DNA of 64,000 nucleotides from an uncultured bacterium. GTDB lineage: Bacteria; Patescibacteriota; Patescibacteriia; UBA9570; XYC2-FULL-38-9. The notes below the pieces were generated by a model, which was not told the origin of the DNA, ran no database searches, and saw only the letters and a program-made list of their open reading frames with translations. How positions within the stretch are numbered: position 1 is the stretch's first letter; every line of letters begins with the position of its first letter. The DNA lies in NCBI GenBank assembly GCA_937996685.1, contig CALKUP010000002.1:113066-177065 (forward strand), read 5' to 3'. Both the position numbers and the translations under genes were made by a program. This document shows, piece by piece, positions 9,123-18,692 of this stretch.

Positions 9123-10823
9123 ATGAATCGTTTTGGCCTCTATTCTGAACCTGAAGTTATCGCTCTATTGGAAAAAGGGAATTATATTTCTGAATCCGAT
9201 CGTCTTGCGGCAACAAAAAAAGAAGAAGCGCAACCAGGCGGTGGTATTGATTTTTTAATTAACACAGAGTCGATTACATTTGATTTGATCGGTCAGGCAA
9301 TTGCTGAGAGTCTTGGTGTTGCATATGCGGATATCAATTCACGCAAACCGGCGCGTGACACAATGTTGCTGCTTCCAGAGGCAATGTCTCTTGAGTCACG
9401 TCTTGTGGTATACCGTGTGCAAGACAATGCGGTTGTGATCGCGACAGATGATGTGGTGGCGACAAAAAAAGCAGCAAAAAATATTGAGGCTGCGCTCGGC
9501 GGAAAAGCAGCAGTGTTTGCCTATGCCTTGCCGCAAGATATTTCCGAAGCACTGACTGTATTTCGGAAAGCGCTAGAAACACGTTTTTCTGCAATCATTG
9601 AAAAAACAAAACGTGTAGCACCAGAAATTATTACAGAGATTATCAATGACGCATTGATTTATCGCTCGTCTGATATTCACTTCGAGCCTCAAATGGATGA
9701 AGTAATTATTCGTTTCCGTATTGATGGTGTTTTGGAAGAAGCAGGCCGCGTGCCGATGGGGTATTACAGTACGATTGTGAATCGTGTGAAAGTGCAAGCG
9801 CGATTGCGGATTGACGAACATTTTGCAGCGCAAGACGGTGCAATTCGGTATGAACAAAACGGAGTCGTGACAGACATGCGTGTGTCGATTGTTCCGACGG
9901 TGAATGGAGAAAAAATTGTATTACGTTTATTGTCAGAAACAGCGCGTAATTTTACATTGGAAGATATTGGACTTGATTCTGCACATGAAGCGCAATTAAA
10001 AGAATCGTTTGCAAAACCGTTTGGGATGATTCTGGTCACTGGCCCAACAGGAAGTGGTAAAACAACAACGCTCTACACAGTGATTAAGGCGTTGAATACT
10101 CCGGATATTAATATTACAACCATCGAAGATCCGGTTGAATATAAAATTGCTGGCATCAATCAAATCCAAGTCAACGCAGAAACAAATATGACATTTGCAA
10201 AAGGCTTGCGTTCGATTGTGCGTCAAGATCCTGATGTGATTCTCGTTGGGGAAATTCGAGATACAGAAACAGCTGAAATTGCTGTGAACGCAGCATTGAC
10301 TGGTCATTTATTGTTGTCGACATTTCATGCAAACGATGCCGCGACAGCAATGCCGCGCTTGATTGATATGGGCATTGAGCCGTTTTTGCTCGCTTCAACA
10401 TTGGAAACGGTATTAGCGCAACGTTTAGTCCGTCGTATCTGTACAGAATGTCGGGTGAGTGTTGTTGTGACAAGCACAGAATTAAAAAAGGCCTACCCGG
10501 ATAGTTATGGTTTTTTTCCTGGAGCAAAAACGACGCTTTATAAAGGGAAGGGGTGCGCGGCGTGTCATGACAGTGGATACCGAGGACGTGTTGCGATTAT
10601 GGAGATGATTCAGATAACGCCAGAAATGGAAGCGTTGTTATTACAGCGACCATCGAGTCAAGAGATTTGGACGCTCGCTAGCAAGCAGGGAAGTGTGTCG
10701 TTATTTGAAGATGGTATTGCAAAAGTAAAATCTGGAATGACAACTCTTGGTGAAGTATATCGTGTTGCAAATCCGCCGGCGACAACAACAGCAGCGGTAA
10801 TGACGCGTAAAAAATCACGATAA
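9123..10823 (+). CDS. pilB: Type IV pilus / type II secretion assembly ATPase (PilB/GspE family) with an N-terminal T2SSE_N domain
   Basis: Walker A GPTGSGKTT, Asp box, tetracysteine CTEC...CAAC motif typical of GspE/PilB, N-terminal GSPII_E_N-like region. Confidence 0.9.
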   Translation: MNRFGLYSEPEVIALLEKGNYISESDRLAATKKEEAQPGGGIDFLINTESITFDLIGQAIAESLGVAYADINSRKPARDTMLLLPEAMSLESRLVVYRVQDNAVVIATDDVVATKKAAKNIEAALGGKAAVFAYALPQDISEALTVFRKALETRFSAIIEKTKRVAPEIITEIINDALIYRSSDIHFEPQMDEVIIRFRIDGVLEEAGRVPMGYYSTIVNRVKVQARLRIDEHFAAQDGAIRYEQNGVVTDMRVSIVPTVNGEKIVLRLLSETARNFTLEDIGLDSAHEAQLKESFAKPFGMILVTGPTGSGKTTTLYTVIKALNTPDINITTIEDPVEYKIAGINQIQVNAETNMTFAKGLRSIVRQDPDVILVGEIRDTETAEIAVNAALTGHLLLSTFHANDAATAMPRLIDMGIEPFLLASTLETVLAQRLVRRICTECRVSVVVTSTELKKAYPDSYGFFPGAKTTLYKGKGCAACHDSGYRGRVAIMEMIQITPEMEALLLQRPSSQEIWTLASKQGSVSLFEDGIAKVKSGMTTLGEVYRVANPPATTTAAVMTRKKSR

Positions 10824-11959
10824 TGACACAGCATTTTTCTCGAGAACGAACGGCCTTGCAGCGCTTCATGCGCTCGCTTGGTTTGAGTTTTTTGCGGTTG
10901 AATGTTTCTCGTGAACGCAAGCAATATATCATGGACAATATTGGCATTCAGTTATCATCTGGTCTTGATGTGTTGCAGGCAATTGAGGCGGTTGAAAAAG
11001 ATGCACAGTCTTGGGCGCTCGCTCGAATATTACGCATGATTGCGGAGGATGTGTTGTCTGGTGTGCCGTTTTGGCAAGCTCTTGGTGATACGCATTTATT
11101 TTCAATGCATATCGTTTCGCTGATTCGGATCGGTGAAGAGTCCGGAAAGCTCGCAGAAAATATTGCAGTGATCGCAAGCGAGCAAGATAAAGAACGTGTG
11201 TTTCAATCACGGATTCGCAGCGCATTGTTATACCCGGTATTTGTATTGAGTTTAACCGTGGTGATTGCAGTTGGTATCGCGTGGTTTATTTTGCCAAATA
11301 TTATTACGGTGTTTAAACAGATGGATATTGCCTTGCCGTTGCCGACACGAATCTTAATGGTTGTGGGGCGATTTTTCCGTGATTACGGCCACATTGCGGC
11401 GCCGTCTATTGTATTCGGCACAGTTGCTTTTGTGTATGGTGTGTTTTTTCACCCGCAAACAAAATTTATTGGACAGTGGTTATTGTTCCGAGTCCCAGGG
11501 ATTCGCCGGATCATGCAACAGCTCGAACTCGCACGCATGGGGTATGTTTTAGGCAATTTATTAGAAGCGGGACTCCCAATCGTTGAAGCCATTGAGTCAC
11601 TGGCCGATGCAACAGCCCTTCGAAGTTATAAAAAGTTTTATCAAGGATTGGCTCGTCGGATTGAAGACGGTGATTCATTTGCCGTTATTTTTGATTCGCA
11701 AAAACGCATTCGCCATCTTGTTCCGGTATCTATCCAGCAAATTATTACAACCGGTGAACAAACAGGTCATTTGCCAAAAAGTCTGAAAAAAATTGGAGAA
11801 ATCTATGAAGGCAAAACAGAAACATCGACAAAAAATATTGCAGTGATTCTCGAACCAATTTTATTAGTCATTGTCTGGGTTGGTGTTGTAACGGTTGCGT
11901 TGTCAGTTGTGCTTCCGATTTATAGTTTAATTGGTGGTTTAAATTCAGGTTCGTTGTAG
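10823..11959 (+). CDS. pilC: Type IV pilus platform protein (PilC/GspF family)
   Basis: Two T2SSF repeats, 378 aa, polytopic. Start overlaps the pilB stop (translational coupling). Confidence 0.85.
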   Translation: MTQHFSRERTALQRFMRSLGLSFLRLNVSRERKQYIMDNIGIQLSSGLDVLQAIEAVEKDAQSWALARILRMIAEDVLSGVPFWQALGDTHLFSMHIVSLIRIGEESGKLAENIAVIASEQDKERVFQSRIRSALLYPVFVLSLTVVIAVGIAWFILPNIITVFKQMDIALPLPTRILMVVGRFFRDYGHIAAPSIVFGTVAFVYGVFFHPQTKFIGQWLLFRVPGIRRIMQQLELARMGYVLGNLLEAGLPIVEAIESLADATALRSYKKFYQGLARRIEDGDSFAVIFDSQKRIRHLVPVSIQQIITTGEQTGHLPKSLKKIGEIYEGKTETSTKNIAVILEPILLVIVWVGVVTVALSVVLPIYSLIGGLNSGSL

Positions 11960-11962
11960 TGT

Positions 11963-12406
11963 ATGAAAGGGTTTGCAGAAGACGGATTTTCTCTTTTGGA
12001 GCTGTTGTTGTCCATTGCGTTAATTGGTATTTTGCTCGCGGCATCATTTCCGGTGTATCAGCAAGTGCAAAATAAAAATGCTGCAATGCTTGCCGCAAAC
12101 ACCATTGAACAAACAGTGCATCGGGCGACGTTGCTTGCGCGTTCAGGTGCGCAAGACAGCGCGTGGGGCGTGAAGGTTGCGTCCGGAAGTGTCACGTTAT
12201 TTTCAGGTGATTCTTATGCGGCTCGTGATACTGCATTTGATGAGGTGTTTACATTTTCGACAACAGTGCAATTCAGCACCACGCCTGAAATGGTATTTGC
12301 AAAACAGACTGGTGTGCAACCCGCTGATCAAACAATCGGGGTGTCGAGTCACGGTGAATCCGTAGTGACGCTCACTATTTTGACTAGTGGCGTTGTGAAT
12401 CGATAA
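11963..12406 (+). CDS. Prepilin-type N-terminal cleavage/methylation domain protein (minor pilin or pseudopilin)
   Basis: Class III signal: GFSLLELLLSIALIGILLA (G|F..E at +5). 147 aa. Confidence 0.75.
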   Translation: MKGFAEDGFSLLELLLSIALIGILLAASFPVYQQVQNKNAAMLAANTIEQTVHRATLLARSGAQDSAWGVKVASGSVTLFSGDSYAARDTAFDEVFTFSTTVQFSTTPEMVFAKQTGVQPADQTIGVSSHGESVVTLTILTSGVVNR

Positions 12407-12410
12407 TCCT

Positions 12411-15400
12411 ATGAAGCAATTACAGATTTTTCAGTTATGGCATAGACGCAACATTCGTGGCTTTTCAATTGTTGAAGCAATGCTGGCAGTGGCGGTGTTT
12501 GGGATTATTGTATCTGGAACCGTCGGCGCTTTGGTATACGCAAGTCAGGGCGGCGGTGATTCTGGTGTCCGTGTGCGCGCGAATTTTTTTGCAGCAGAAG
12601 GTATCACAGCAGTGCGCTCTATTGCTGGACATCAGTGGTATGACATTCAAAGTGCGGCAACTGGGCCGCATGGATTAGTGGTGACGGGAAATGTGTGGAC
12701 TCTCTCTGGATCGTCGGATACACGTGATCAATTTACCCGCACAGTCACATTTACAGATATCTGTCGGAATGCAACGAATGATTTTGAAACGTGCAACGGG
12801 ACAAATCGTGATACCCGAACACGAGAAGTTGCAGTCACTGTTCAATGGACTGGGCAATTTGGGAATGCGCGAACTGTCACACAAACAGCACGCTTAACAA
12901 ACTGGGGAACGGACATGTGGAAGCAGACTGATTGGTCAGGTGGAGATGGTCAAGCGACGTGGTCTGCGGAAGATCAATATGATAGTCACACTGATGATAT
13001 TGATGTTACAACAGCGGGAGAGGTGACAGCGACCGGCGCTCAGCAAGGCTGTGGAATAAAAACATATCCGCTCACAACTCCAGCGGATTACACTGCGTCA
13101 GGGGCTGAACTCACGCTGAATTCTGGAACCGCCTTTTTAACATCATCAGGCACCGACGTTGATGCAAACACAAAAGGTTTGTGGCATTTGAATGATGCTT
13201 CGGGCACAGCGAAAGATGTTTCTGGAAATAATAATAATCTGACAGCAGCGGGTAATGCGGCGTATGGTGCAGCGGCAAAGTTTGCGACGGGTGTGACATC
13301 TGACGGTTCAGGTGATCTTTTGGCTGTGACTGATGCTGCGCAGTCTGGTCTTGATATTACGGGTGCTATCACGTTGGAAGCATGGATTAAACAGGGTGCA
13401 ACGGGAACTGGAACAGATGTCATTATGGAAAAAAATGGTGGAACGGCGGCAACGGGTTCATATCAGTTGTATATGGTCAGCTCTGGCGCCTTGAACACAA
13501 CGCTGAATTTCCGCGTGAGTAACGGAACGAGTTTCACGACTGTGACTTCAGCTGCGTTTGCGATCAACACAAGTACATGGCGACATGTTGCGGCGGTGTA
13601 TAATGGTACATCAACGCTGACGATTTATCTCGATGGCGTATCTGTCGGAACAGCGGCATTTAGTTCGACGATTTTGAATAGCGCGGCAGATTTTCGTATT
13701 AGCTCTACAGGCACAAGCTCGTTTAATGGGATGATTGATGAGGTGCGTGTTTCAAACAGTGCGCGATATGCAGGAAATTTTGCAGTTCCAACAACGCCAT
13801 TTGGATTGAATTATTCGACTACAAAACCAACAGTTGCTCCAGCAGTGGAATACGATCCGGCAACGATTGGGCGGTGGCAGGCATTTTCTGAAACAGCCAC
13901 AAAAACGCGTGATGCAGAAATTTATTATCAGTTGTCTGACGATAGCGGAGCGACCTGGAAATGGTGGAACGGATCTGCGTGGGCAACAGCAAGTAGTGGC
14001 ACAGACTACAATACTGCAACGACAATCAATACAAATATCACGACATTTTCAACAACTGCCGGGAAATTGAATTGGCGAGCCTTTTTTGTGAGCAATGGTT
14101 CAGATCCAGCGGTGCTTGATTCTGTGTCGTTGACCTGCGTGATGTTGCAACAATGGAATTACGACACAAGCGGGGATTACGCCGCAGACAGCGGCGTGGC
14201 AGTGAGTAGCGGCGCGGCGGCGCTGACGTCAACAGGAACGGACGCTGATGCAAATACGGTTGCGTTGTGGCACATGAATGAAGCGACGAGTGGAGCGGTC
14301 CTACAAGATTACACCGCAAACAACAATGATTTGACGCCTGTAGGAACAACGAATATTACCTGGAATACGACTGGTAATTTTAATGGCGCAGTGCAATTTG
14401 GCGCAACGGGTGATTACTTTCAATTAGCCGGCGCCGCACAAACCGGAATGGCTCCGTCTGGTTCGTTTACCATTGATGGTTGGATTAAAAAGTCCACCAA
14501 TAGTGCGGACGATCTATTTCAACGTTGGGGAACAGGTCTTTCAACGCGGTCATATAAACTGTCGATTAACACGACTGGAAATCTGGTATTTCAAACAGGG
14601 GACGGTGTGACGAATACATCGCTCACATCAGCGACAACTGTGACGACTGGTAGTTGGGTGCATGTCGCAGGGCAGTTTACGCAAAACAGCGCAACGACTG
14701 GAACAATGACAATCTGGATTAATGGCGTACAGCGTGGAAGTATATCAACAACCTATGGTTCAGTGGTGAGTGCGTCGCAGGCAGTGCTTTTGAGTAATAC
14801 AAGTGCATCGGCGTTTGGTGGTGTGGTTGATGAGTTCCGTTTTTCAAATATAGCGCGTTACTCAACGACCTTTACTCCGCAGATTGTGCCATTTGGAAAA
14901 GTGTATCCAACAAACTCTCCGACCATTCGCAATGTGGCTGCATTCTCAGCGACCGATCCTGTTGCGTGGTATGGTATGACGAGTACACAAACAACATTCA
15001 ATGAAAGCGCGGTGAATTATCAGGTCAGCAACGATGGTGTTACTTGGAAGTATTGGAATGGCTCAGCATGGGCAACGGCGAGTAGTGCCACGCACTATAA
15101 TCCTATCGCGACAATCAATACGAATATTGCAACATTTCCACTCACAGGCAACTCCCTCTATTTCAAGGCTTTTTTGGTAAGCTCTGGCTCTGACGTTGTT
15201 TCGATTGATCGGACAGAAGCGATGTATGTACAAAACCCTGATGCGAGTGGAAGTGGTGGCGGTGGCGGATCTGGAACGTTGACCTCATCGGCGTTTAACC
15301 TCGGACGCGCGACAACAATTACACGTGTTGAATGGGATGAAGACGACACGCCATGTGCTGCTGACTGTGTGATTCGAGCCCAAGTGCGGACAGCGCCAGA

Positions 15401-15596
15401 CAATGGTGGGTCGCCGGGAACCTGGACCGCGTGGTATGGTGCATCTGGAGCGGGAACCTATTTTACAGACGGTGATTATTCAACACCTCCAGATCAAGTG
15501 CAGAATAATCGTTGGGTGCAATACAAATTAGACCTCAATGGAACAGGTGGCGGAACGCCAGTCGTGCGAGAATTCAGAATATATTATGATAAATAA
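12411..15596 (+). CDS. Giant prepilin-type protein (1061 aa) with two tandem LamG / concanavalin-A-like lectin modules; candidate pilus-tip adhesin
   Basis: N-terminus RGFSIVEAMLAVAVFGIIVSG prepilin motif. Two internally duplicated modules of about 440 aa each begin LTSSGTDVDANTKGLWHLNDASG.. and LTSTGTDADANTVALWHMNEATSG.. (Laminin_G_3-like), each followed by a WKWWNGSAWATASSGT.. beta-sandwich. Confidence 0.7.
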   Translation: MKQLQIFQLWHRRNIRGFSIVEAMLAVAVFGIIVSGTVGALVYASQGGGDSGVRVRANFFAAEGITAVRSIAGHQWYDIQSAATGPHGLVVTGNVWTLSGSSDTRDQFTRTVTFTDICRNATNDFETCNGTNRDTRTREVAVTVQWTGQFGNARTVTQTARLTNWGTDMWKQTDWSGGDGQATWSAEDQYDSHTDDIDVTTAGEVTATGAQQGCGIKTYPLTTPADYTASGAELTLNSGTAFLTSSGTDVDANTKGLWHLNDASGTAKDVSGNNNNLTAAGNAAYGAAAKFATGVTSDGSGDLLAVTDAAQSGLDITGAITLEAWIKQGATGTGTDVIMEKNGGTAATGSYQLYMVSSGALNTTLNFRVSNGTSFTTVTSAAFAINTSTWRHVAAVYNGTSTLTIYLDGVSVGTAAFSSTILNSAADFRISSTGTSSFNGMIDEVRVSNSARYAGNFAVPTTPFGLNYSTTKPTVAPAVEYDPATIGRWQAFSETATKTRDAEIYYQLSDDSGATWKWWNGSAWATASSGTDYNTATTINTNITTFSTTAGKLNWRAFFVSNGSDPAVLDSVSLTCVMLQQWNYDTSGDYAADSGVAVSSGAAALTSTGTDADANTVALWHMNEATSGAVLQDYTANNNDLTPVGTTNITWNTTGNFNGAVQFGATGDYFQLAGAAQTGMAPSGSFTIDGWIKKSTNSADDLFQRWGTGLSTRSYKLSINTTGNLVFQTGDGVTNTSLTSATTVTTGSWVHVAGQFTQNSATTGTMTIWINGVQRGSISTTYGSVVSASQAVLLSNTSASAFGGVVDEFRFSNIARYSTTFTPQIVPFGKVYPTNSPTIRNVAAFSATDPVAWYGMTSTQTTFNESAVNYQVSNDGVTWKYWNGSAWATASSATHYNPIATINTNIATFPLTGNSLYFKAFLVSSGSDVVSIDRTEAMYVQNPDASGSGGGGGSGTLTSSAFNLGRATTITRVEWDEDDTPCAADCVIRAQVRTAPDNGGSPGTWTAWYGASGAGTYFTDGDYSTPPDQVQNNRWVQYKLDLNGTGGGTPVVREFRIYYDK

Positions 15597-15597
15597 G

Positions 15598-16110
15598 ATG
15601 AAGCACTCACAAGCCGGATTTACATTGATTGAATTACTGCTGTACGCTGGTATTGTTGCAATTATGACAACCGCGATTTCGGGCTTGCTTGCGCTGTCTC
15701 TTCAGGCGCGCGTCAAAAATCAAGTGGTGGAGTCAGTTGAAAGTGGCTCGACGATCGCAATGGACAGCATGCTTGCGGCAATTCGTAATAGCGACGGCGT
15801 GACACTGACAACAGATGGTAATGGTGATGCGATTGTGACGCTTGCAGAAACAGTTGCTGGAGTACATCCAACCGTCTTTCAATTGAGTGCTGGAGTCTTA
15901 ACAAAAAAAGAAGGAAGTAGCGCAGCAGTGCCGGTGACGTCTTCGAATATTGTCATTGATCATTTCACGGCAACAGACACAACGCCGAGCGGTGAAACAA
16001 TGCAAGTCATTTCTCTTGGATTTGATGTGCGTTATAATAATCAAAGTCCGCGTCAGGAATATCAGTATGCTGCAACGTATAATGGCACAGCGCAACTCAA
16101 CACACCGTAG
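15598..16110 (+). CDS. Prepilin-type minor pilin
   Basis: MKHSQAG|FTLIELLLYAGIVAIM classic short leader plus G-F-T-L-I-E. The ATG at 15598 sits 1 nt after the stop of the giant pilin gene. Confidence 0.75.
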   Translation: MKHSQAGFTLIELLLYAGIVAIMTTAISGLLALSLQARVKNQVVESVESGSTIAMDSMLAAIRNSDGVTLTTDGNGDAIVTLAETVAGVHPTVFQLSAGVLTKKEGSSAAVPVTSSNIVIDHFTATDTTPSGETMQVISLGFDVRYNNQSPRQEYQYAATYNGTAQLNTP

Positions 16111-16114
16111 TAGT

Positions 16115-16540
16115 ATGAACTATTTTCTTACACAATTAAGATATAGAGAATCCCAATCCGGTTACGTCTTGTTGCTCTCCGTTGTGATTATTGGAGTTGT
16201 TGCAAGTAGTATTGCCGCAACTATTTTGTTACTTGGGATTGGCACACAGCGGACGTCGCTCGCAGTGCAAGAAGGTCAGGCGGCGCGACATTTAGCTGAT
16301 AGTTGTGCTCAAGAAGTAATTGAGCGGCTTATTCAAAATACCGCCTATACTGGGAGTGAAACACTGACATTTAACGGTGAGAGTTGTGCGGTCGGGCCTG
16401 TGACAGGTTCAGGAGACGCAAATCGCGTTATCCATGTCACTGGGGTGTCAGGAGATGCAACCGCGCGCGTGGCTGTTACGGTGACAACAGTCGGTCCACC
16501 GGTGGTTATTGGTTCATGGCAAGAAGTTGCAGGCTTTTAG
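16115..16540 (+). CDS. Putative PilX-like minor pilin (hydrophobic N-terminal pilin-like helix, non-canonical cleavage site)
   Basis: N-terminus QSGYVLLLSVVIIGVVASSIAATILLLG resembles the PilX_N / GspK N-terminal segment. Overlaps the previous stop (tagtATG). Confidence 0.45.
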   Translation: MNYFLTQLRYRESQSGYVLLLSVVIIGVVASSIAATILLLGIGTQRTSLAVQEGQAARHLADSCAQEVIERLIQNTAYTGSETLTFNGESCAVGPVTGSGDANRVIHVTGVSGDATARVAVTVTTVGPPVVIGSWQEVAGF

Positions 16541-16569
16541 TTGCGCCTTTGCTTGGATTTTGGTATATT
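16541..16569 (+). promoter_or_regulatory. Strong sigma70-like promoter for the major pilin gene: TTGCGC-17-TATATT with TGG extension
   Basis: TTGCGC 16541-16546, 17-nt spacer, TGGTATATT 16561-16569. ATG at 16603. Confidence 0.5.
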
Positions 16570-16602
16570 GCCAATAATGTGTATTAATAAAATGATTTTT
16601 GT

Positions 16603-17046
16603 ATGAGGAAACAGAACCAAGGTTTTACATTATTAGAAATTTTGCTTGTTATCGCAGCGATCGGCATTTTGGCTGGTATTGTGATTGTTGCGATTAACCC
16701 AACAAAGCAACTCGCTGATGCGCGGAATGCGGCTCGTAAGTCAGCAGTCAATACTGTGCTGAACGCTGTATATCAATATGCAGTTGATAATGACGGTGCT
16801 CTGCCAGGAAGTATTCCAGAAACAGCGACAGAAATTTGTGCAACCGGCGCTGGAAGTTGTACAGGATTGGTGAATTTGTCTGCATTGACGACAAATGAAC
16901 GATATTTAACAGCAATCCCAGAAGATCCAAGTGGAACATGTGCGGCAAACGGTGCGTGTTATGAAATTCTGCAATCTGCAAACGGCCGTGTAACAGTCTC
17001 TGCTCCGGATGCTGAAAACGGTGCTGATATTTCAGTGACTCGTTAA
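16603..17046 (+). CDS. Type IV major pilin (PilA / ComGC / GspG-like)
   Basis: MRKQNQG|FTLLEILLVIAAIGILAGI canonical class III signal. 147 aa with two Cys pairs (C..C ; C..C) for C-terminal disulfide loops. Confidence 0.8.
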   Translation: MRKQNQGFTLLEILLVIAAIGILAGIVIVAINPTKQLADARNAARKSAVNTVLNAVYQYAVDNDGALPGSIPETATEICATGAGSCTGLVNLSALTTNERYLTAIPEDPSGTCAANGACYEILQSANGRVTVSAPDAENGADISVTR

Positions 17047-17072
17047 GAAGCGGGTCTTAAGGCTTAAAGCTT

Positions 17073-17107
17073 GAAAAAAAATGCTACTTCGTGTAGCGTT
17101 TTTTTAT
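17073..17107 (+). terminator. Bidirectional rho-independent terminator after the pilin gene
   Basis: A8-gctac-ttcgt-gtagc-T7 (A-run, hairpin, T-run). Confidence 0.55.
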
Positions 17108-17144
17108 TGCGCAATTCCGCGCCTGCTCATTAATGGAGGCTATC

Positions 17145-17573
17145 ATGGCTCGTATTCTTCAGGAAACGCCGTTCCGCCCTCGCATTGAGAATCCTGCCGC
17201 ACAACTGAACCGAGAGTTGATTGATTTTCAACTCAGTCTGATTGAGGTCGCGCAGGCCGCGGTTCAAAGGAATGCGGCCACTTCCTTTGAAATATTTACA
17301 ACTGGCTTGTGGACGAGCGCTCTCGAGCGCTTTGACATGTTGTTGTTTCGGATCAACGGGCTCCCGAGCAATGACAGTACCTTGCGGGGCGTAGAGGGTC
17401 AGATTGATGCAATTGCTGCGCTGCAACGTCGGATTGAACCGTACAAGAAAAGACACCGCGGTCAAGGGTACGGATTCTTGTGGCATCGACTTGAAGAAGC
17501 CCGGTTGGCTGCTCAGGCGATTGTCGCGGAATATCAGCGCTGGGAAAAAGCCAAGCCCCCGTGGCTCAAATAA
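17145..17573 (+). CDS. Hypothetical protein (no recognisable family)
   Basis: GGAGG Shine-Dalgarno 7 nt upstream of the ATG at 17145. The ORF track begins at 17133 inside the SD. Locally GC-richer than flanks. Confidence 0.4.
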   Translation: MARILQETPFRPRIENPAAQLNRELIDFQLSLIEVAQAAVQRNAATSFEIFTTGLWTSALERFDMLLFRINGLPSNDSTLRGVEGQIDAIAALQRRIEPYKKRHRGQGYGFLWHRLEEARLAAQAIVAEYQRWEKAKPPWLK

Positions 17574-17628
17574 ATTCTTACTGCTACAGACGGTGGCAGC
17601 AAGAGAGGGGGAACTTTTTTTATTTTAG

Positions 17629-17637
17629 TGGTATACT
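17629..17637 (+). promoter_or_regulatory. Extended -10 TGGTATACT; nrdR ATG 6 nt downstream (leaderless)
   Basis: TGGTATACT 17629-17637. ATG 17644. Confidence 0.5.
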
Positions 17638-17643
17638 GTTCAT

Positions 17644-18117
17644 ATGAAGTGTCCAAGTTGCCAAAAACCTGATACTCGTGTGATTGACACACGAATGATT
17701 GAAGACGGAAGTTCCATTCGCCGCCGCCGCCAATGTGAGTTTTGTCATTTTCGTTTTACAACAGCTGAAGAGATTGAAATTTTAACACTCCACGTGATGA
17801 AGTCTGATGGGAGACGAGAAGCGTATGATCGCGAAAAGTTGCTCTATAGCATGAAGCTCCCATTGAGTAAACGACCGATTACAGCCGCGCAAATTAAAAA
17901 AACATTTCATCAGATTGAACAAGAAGTGCAATCACAAGCCAAACACGACAGCATCACAACGGCAAAGATTGGAGACATTGTTACAAAGTATTTGAAAAAA
18001 TTGGATAAAGTTGCATATATCCGGTATGCTTCTGTGTATCATGCCTTTGATGATTTACACGCCTTTGTCGAAGAGGTGGAAAAAATTTCTCGTAAGAAAA
18101 AAGCTAAGAAAAAATAA
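17644..18117 (+). CDS. nrdR: Transcriptional repressor NrdR (zinc ribbon plus ATP-cone)
   Basis: MKCPSCQ...CEFCHFRFTT zinc ribbon followed by an ATP-cone. Located upstream of the RNR gene. Confidence 0.9.
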   Translation: MKCPSCQKPDTRVIDTRMIEDGSSIRRRRQCEFCHFRFTTAEEIEILTLHVMKSDGRREAYDREKLLYSMKLPLSKRPITAAQIKKTFHQIEQEVQSQAKHDSITTAKIGDIVTKYLKKLDKVAYIRYASVYHAFDDLHAFVEEVEKISRKKKAKKK

Positions 18118-18119
18118 CT

Positions 18120-18692
18120 ATGCAATGGCATAAGCGTCCCAAAAAAGAATTTAACCCAAAAAAGCGTTTAGGAAAAATTCATGTCTACACAGGTGACGGA
18201 AAGGGCAAGACCTCTGCTGCGCTTGGTGTATTGCTGCGTGCAAGTGGACACAATATGAAGGTGTCGATGGTGCAATTATTTAAAGGCCATAAAGATGCTG
18301 GGGATTTACTCGCACACCAACTCCTTGGTTCAAATATTGAAATTTTGCAATTTGGAACAACAGAGCGCGTTGATCTAGAAAACCCAACAGCAATGGATCA
18401 ATATATTGCCACCCGCGCACTTGATCACGCGCGCGATATCATGCAATCAAATCGACCAGATATTTTGATTTTAGATGAATTTAATCCAGCACTCTTTCAT
18501 GGGATTGTTGATATATCTGAATTTTTAGATTTCCTTGATCATAAGCATCAAAATACAGAAATTATTATTACTGGCCATAATGCGCCGCCAGAGATTCTCA
18601 ATGCAGCTGATATTGTGACAGTGATGCGACAAACAAAAGGCGCGGTTGATGATTGGGATCTGTTTGAGCCTCGTTCGGGCGTTGAATTTTAG
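18120..18692 (+). CDS. cobA: Cob(I)alamin adenosyltransferase (CobA/CobO/BtuR family)
   Basis: P-loop IHVYTGDGKGKTSAALG, about 190 aa. Sits between nrdR and class II RNR. Confidence 0.75.
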   Translation: MQWHKRPKKEFNPKKRLGKIHVYTGDGKGKTSAALGVLLRASGHNMKVSMVQLFKGHKDAGDLLAHQLLGSNIEILQFGTTERVDLENPTAMDQYIATRALDHARDIMQSNRPDILILDEFNPALFHGIVDISEFLDFLDHKHQNTEIIITGHNAPPEILNAADIVTVMRQTKGAVDDWDLFEPRSGVEF

